A stretch of 64,000 nucleotides of DNA from Haliotis rufescens (taxonomy: Eukaryota), in NCBI RefSeq assembly GCF_023055435.1, contig NW_025963857.1, positions 30,814,001-30,878,000 on the forward strand. Reading direction: 5' to 3'. Each line of letters opens with the position of its first letter. Position 1 is the stretch's first letter. Below are positions 61,201-64,000 of the stretch, piece by piece. Position numbers and translations under genes: made by a program. The notes beneath the pieces are model-generated. The model searched no databases. It saw only the letters and a list, made by a program, of their open reading frames with translations, and was not told the origin of the DNA.

Positions 61201-63507
61201 GTCACTCACAGTGGTTTAGCTGATGTATCTTCCGTCATGATGCAATGTAATGTCTTTGAATTCAGTCCGAGATCACGTTTAACTACAGTGCTAGACATTT
61301 CACCAAATCAGTTTGTTGTAGTATTCAGCGCAAAACAATTCAAATATATTAATATTTTTTAAGTATTGCTTTAAAAGAAAATTCGTATGTGTGTGAGGTG
61401 TGTGAGAGAGAGTTCCACATTCCCCTGGTTGTATATATGGCGTATGTAGAGCCCCCTTGTTTATTGGCGTGTGTAGAATCCCCTTGCTGATTGGTGTTTG
61501 AAGAATCCCCTTGTTGATTGGTGTATGTTGAATCCCCTTGTTGATTGGTGTATATGTAAAATCCCCTTGTTGATTGGCGTATGTTGAATCTCATCGTTGA
61601 TTTGTGTTTGAAGAATCCCCTTGTTGATTGGTGTATGTTGAATCTCATTGTTGATTGGTGTTTGAAGAATCCCCCTGTTGATTGGAGTTTGAAGAATCCC
61701 CTTGTTGATTGGTGTATGTAAAATCCCCTTGTTGATTGGTGTATGTAGAATCTTTTTGTTGATTCGCATATGTAGAATCCCATTCTTCTTATTTTTCTGG
61801 TGAATTTGTATCCACATGCGATAAATCTTTCCATGATACATACAAACATTTTAGGTACTGTCCATTTTCAAATCATCACCCCTCTCCCGACTTTTCTTCT
61901 ATAGTGGAAAAAATAGTGTGACAACAAGTTCCTTTTGTTTTGTCTGACAGCGTCCAAGAAGAAACTTATATGAGGCCATCACTTTATGCATGTAAATCTT
62001 TTGTGCCCAAAAGCTTATAATTTGACCAGAACATATCACGACACATTTAATTGAGCTATTCATTACATACTTCCTTTAACTATCTCCTGCTGTGTGCTGA
62101 ATAACAGACTATTGAAGACTGGGGTGAATCTGTTGGCGACTTCGAAGTACACCACACTGCGGGGCAGCTGGTTGGAAGACAAGTGTAGCCTCTCGGTCAC
62201 ACAGTGGGAAACTATAGATCTTTACTTCGAATACAGAAGCGAAAAGAAATGTGGTAAGCATGTTTGTGATTAACCTTCGGAAGTTTGGGGTTTCAGAGTT
62301 ACGATACTCGTAATAAGTAGTCATCTGAAATGGGACTTTTTTAAACATTTGCCAGAATCCCCTTGTTAATTGCCGTATGTAGAATCCCGTTCTGCATTTG
62401 ATTTTTCCCATGTCTACTTGCAAAAGTTAGGATCTTTGTTCGAACCAGTATAATTTTGCGGTCACTTGCTCAAGATATGTCCAAGTCAAATCAAGTAAAA
62501 CCATTATTTGTTTGTTTGTTTGTTTGATAGTTTCACAACTATTTTTTTCAGGACATCCAGCATGTCAAGGTTTTTCTACAACCTTAGGCAAAAATATATT
62601 TTTCAAGTATTTTTCTCAATCAAATTACCCCCTACCCCCATTGATATCTTATGGTTGGTCGCTTAGCTGTTGTTTATCGGTGTCTTCAGTCTTAAATATT
62701 GCCACGCTTGCTTGATGTTATATGGGAACCGTCACACGTTATTTAGCAACGTTCATAAAACGAATTCCGTATTTGTAATTTATTTCTATCATGGTCTAAC
62801 GTAGCCCTAAAAATCATAATGCAGGGTTAAAATATACCATGGTAGAATACCAGTTACTGTTGCACGTTGTCTTGTGCAATCCCTAGACTTATTAGTTGTT
62901 TCATCTCTGGAAAGAAGGGATGTTTTAGGACTGGAAGTATAATGTTATGATTGTTTGGGCATCGAGGAGACGGCAGTAAAGGGACGGGCTTCTGTTTTTG
63001 CAATTATACATTAAAGCGACAAAAGTACTTGGATGTTCTTGTACACACTTGTAGTTATCAAAAGTGCTCCTGATTCATCGTAGGTGTGTACTCCCACATC
63101 AGTAAAACTATTGCATTTTGTTCACAGGTGTATGTAAAGAATGCCATGATTTGCTCCAAGAAATAGTTGACGCACGACCTAGTATTATCTTCCAATCCGA
63201 GGATTTGTCTCTCTTTCAAATGACATCCATACTAACGGCCGAGAGATCTGACAGCCCGGCCGTCGAGATGCAGTCAGAGACTACACAAACTCAAAGCGAG
63301 TCTCCAGGGGATGGGACCGAGGATTCAGGGGAAGGACAGACAGACCTCACAAGATGTGACAGTCCAGCCATCGAAGTGCAATCGGCGAATATCGATAGTG
63401 CCGCTACCCAAAACCAAAGCGAGGCATCAGCTGATGGGAATGAGGCTGGAGAGGAACGTCAGGAAGAAACTGCTGACATAAAAACCACAATAGCTGACTT
63501 ACAATAA
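48992..63507 (+). CDS. Alpha-arrestin (ARRDC-like)-PPxY-tandem DUF1330-like fusion gene, copy 2; 12 coding exons, 801 aa
   Basis: Exons 48992-49244, 51953-52179, 54471-54600, 54709-54848, 55273-55377, 55904-56033, 57303-57778, 58359-58499, 59407-59578, 61086-61191, 62108-62253, 63128-63507. Exon lengths equal copy 1 except exon 7 (+42 nt, in frame); 2406 nt, open. Confidence 0.88.
50590..51385 (-). mobile_element. Highly decayed Tc1 fragment in copy 2 intron 1
   Basis: DWHPSFPDMSPIARLCDVLGRRV resembles WP..SPD.SPIE..WD.LGRRV. Confidence 0.65.
51953..52179 (+). CDS. Copy 2 exon 2 (Arrestin_N core)
   Basis: LPSSFEGEHGAIRFWLKVEVDRP. Confidence 0.95.
52320..52405 (+). repeat. Imperfect (TAC)n/(TGC)n microsatellite
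   Basis: Seen directly. Confidence 0.85.
53130..53620 (-). mobile_element. Penelope-like retroelement relic (GIY-YIG endonuclease region)
   Basis: Fragments in shifting frames: KTCPILISDPEFKSSFT, ECTLC, IVYQHFNSENHSILCM, LDTVMPYG, RRRCSHGHK. Confidence 0.7.
54471..54600 (+). CDS. Copy 2 exon 3 (Arrestin_C)
   Basis: Paralogous to 32043-32172; AG/GT. Confidence 0.92.
54709..54848 (+). CDS. Copy 2 exon 4 (Arrestin_C)
   Basis: Paralogous to 32278-32417; AG/GT. Confidence 0.92.
55273..55377 (+). CDS. Copy 2 exon 5 (Arrestin_C)
   Basis: Paralogous to 32685-32789; AG/GT. Confidence 0.92.
55904..56033 (+). CDS. Copy 2 exon 6 (Arrestin_C end)
   Basis: MPITIGTIPY; donor gtaggt. Confidence 0.92.
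56949..57130 (+). mobile_element. Crypton-type tyrosine recombinase relic
   Basis: LTNHPASQLVQ..DNNIPPKEIMLITGHNDIDSENNSHQIN..HKQIS resembles TNHS.R...VQ.L....P..IM.ITGHK...S...Y; catalytic residues decayed. Confidence 0.65.
57303..57778 (+). CDS. Copy 2 exon 7 (linker, PPSY)
   Basis: Expanded Ala/Thr tract; LPPSYDDVL; donor gtaagt. Confidence 0.9.
57992..58282 (+). mobile_element. Family B SINE; decayed copies also at ~52725-52930 (+) and ~56277-56500 (-)
   Basis: A and B boxes, (CACT)n tail, TSD cgtttYctcca. Confidence 0.88.
58359..58499 (+). CDS. Copy 2 exon 8 (DUF1330-like repeat 1)
   Basis: Identical to copy 1 exon 8 except ATG>AAG. Confidence 0.85.
58584..58867 (+). repeat. 47-bp minisatellite, 6 perfect copies
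   Basis: cagctgtaatgtgccttgttgatagggtcaggatttagaccatggaa x6. Confidence 0.95.
59407..59578 (+). CDS. Copy 2 exon 9 (DUF1330-like repeat 1)
   Basis: VLHEPNQWPARTSIAILKFLSAEVATDWFN; weaker AAG acceptor. Confidence 0.83.
61086..61191 (+). CDS. Copy 2 exon 10 (DUF1330-like repeat 2)
   Basis: ANHIFSMITSTYKQPVKKAKVNKYVKLYPRTLRPL; donor gtgaga. Confidence 0.82.
61440..61790 (+). repeat. 27-bp minisatellite, ~12 copies
   Basis: aatccccttgttgattggtgtatgttg-like units. Confidence 0.9.
62108..62253 (+). CDS. Copy 2 exon 11 (DUF1330-like repeat 2)
   Basis: TTLRGSWLEDKCSLSVTQWETIDLYFEY; donor gtaagc. Confidence 0.83.
63128..63507 (+). CDS. Copy 2 exon 12 (acidic tail)
   Basis: Paralogous to 41204-41583; the TAA stop overlaps an AATAAA. 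Confidence 0.85.
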
Positions 63508-64000
63508 AGTCTTTGTAGACTTGCTGCAAGACCTCCAAGTGTTTAATTTTCCCACGGTTTTTTAATCTACATTTACACCCGACATTGGTACGGAAGGTTG
63601 TGGAGTCTTCGTGTTACAACTTCAGTTGATGTATGTTCACGTGAAGACTTGCTTCTTGACGTATTCAAACACATGTATGGTCATGTTGATTTGATAGTTG
63701 TTCTCCTGTTTCTTGTCAGCAGCACATGTTCAACTTTAGGTTGATTATCGCTAACTAAGTTCATGCAATTATTGATATTGCTTAATGTATTTAATATGAT
63801 GTGCAATACCGTGTGAAACAGATACCTCTTTGTGATACCCGTTCACATACCGATTGAACGAAATCAGCGAGTGGCAGGAGCTGGCGGCAGGTTTCTGACA
63901 TATACCCAATGAGTGTGACTTTGATCAGTGATTATTGCCACTGTGAACTGTAACTAGTGCTACTGTGATAATAGCTTAATGTGACTGTCAGCAGAGATTA

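Noticed and set aside
61349-61849. Repeat-protein ORFs on the minus strand (STRGFYIHQ / ILHTPINKG)
   Set aside because: By-products of a stop-poor 27-bp minisatellite; absent from the paralogue.
48992-63507. Second copy as an uncollapsed haplotype or assembly artefact
   Set aside because: The introns are strongly diverged, carry many copy-specific insertions with clean empty sites, and several exons differ at 15-25% of residues.

Overview
Eukaryotic, intron-rich animal DNA. The SINE and transposon repertoire points to a mollusc, probably a gastropod such as abalone; this is inference. (1) Bases 1-17 kb are the 3' part of a Par-6 polarity gene on the + strand: a long last intron, a terminal exon (10297-10961) encoding semi-CRIB + PDZ + C-terminal PDZ-binding motif, and a probable ~6 kb 3' UTR. 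This whole stretch looks CpG-depleted. (2) Bases 17-25 kb are a graveyard of four different dead Tc1/mariner elements, with nested MITEs and SINEs. (3) Bases 29.3-41.6 kb and 49.0-63.5 kb hold two intact tandem paralogues of a 12-coding-exon gene that I assembled by hand; every junction is GT-AG and phase-compatible (787 and 801 aa). Each encodes an alpha-arrestin (Arrestin_N + Arrestin_C), a Pro/Ala linker with a PPSY (PPxY) motif, two DUF1330-like (dimeric alpha+beta barrel) repeats and an acidic repeated tail. I know of no described alpha-arrestin-DUF1330 fusion, and it is the best candidate for an undescribed system here. Divergence between the paralogues is patchy and concentrated in the second DUF1330-like repeat. 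A 2.75 kb 22-bp satellite lies between the copies. Introns carry several SINE families, MITEs, Helentron-like elements, and Penelope-like and Crypton relics. There are no CRISPR arrays, rRNA genes or genuine tRNA genes. All domain calls are by eye, with no database searches.
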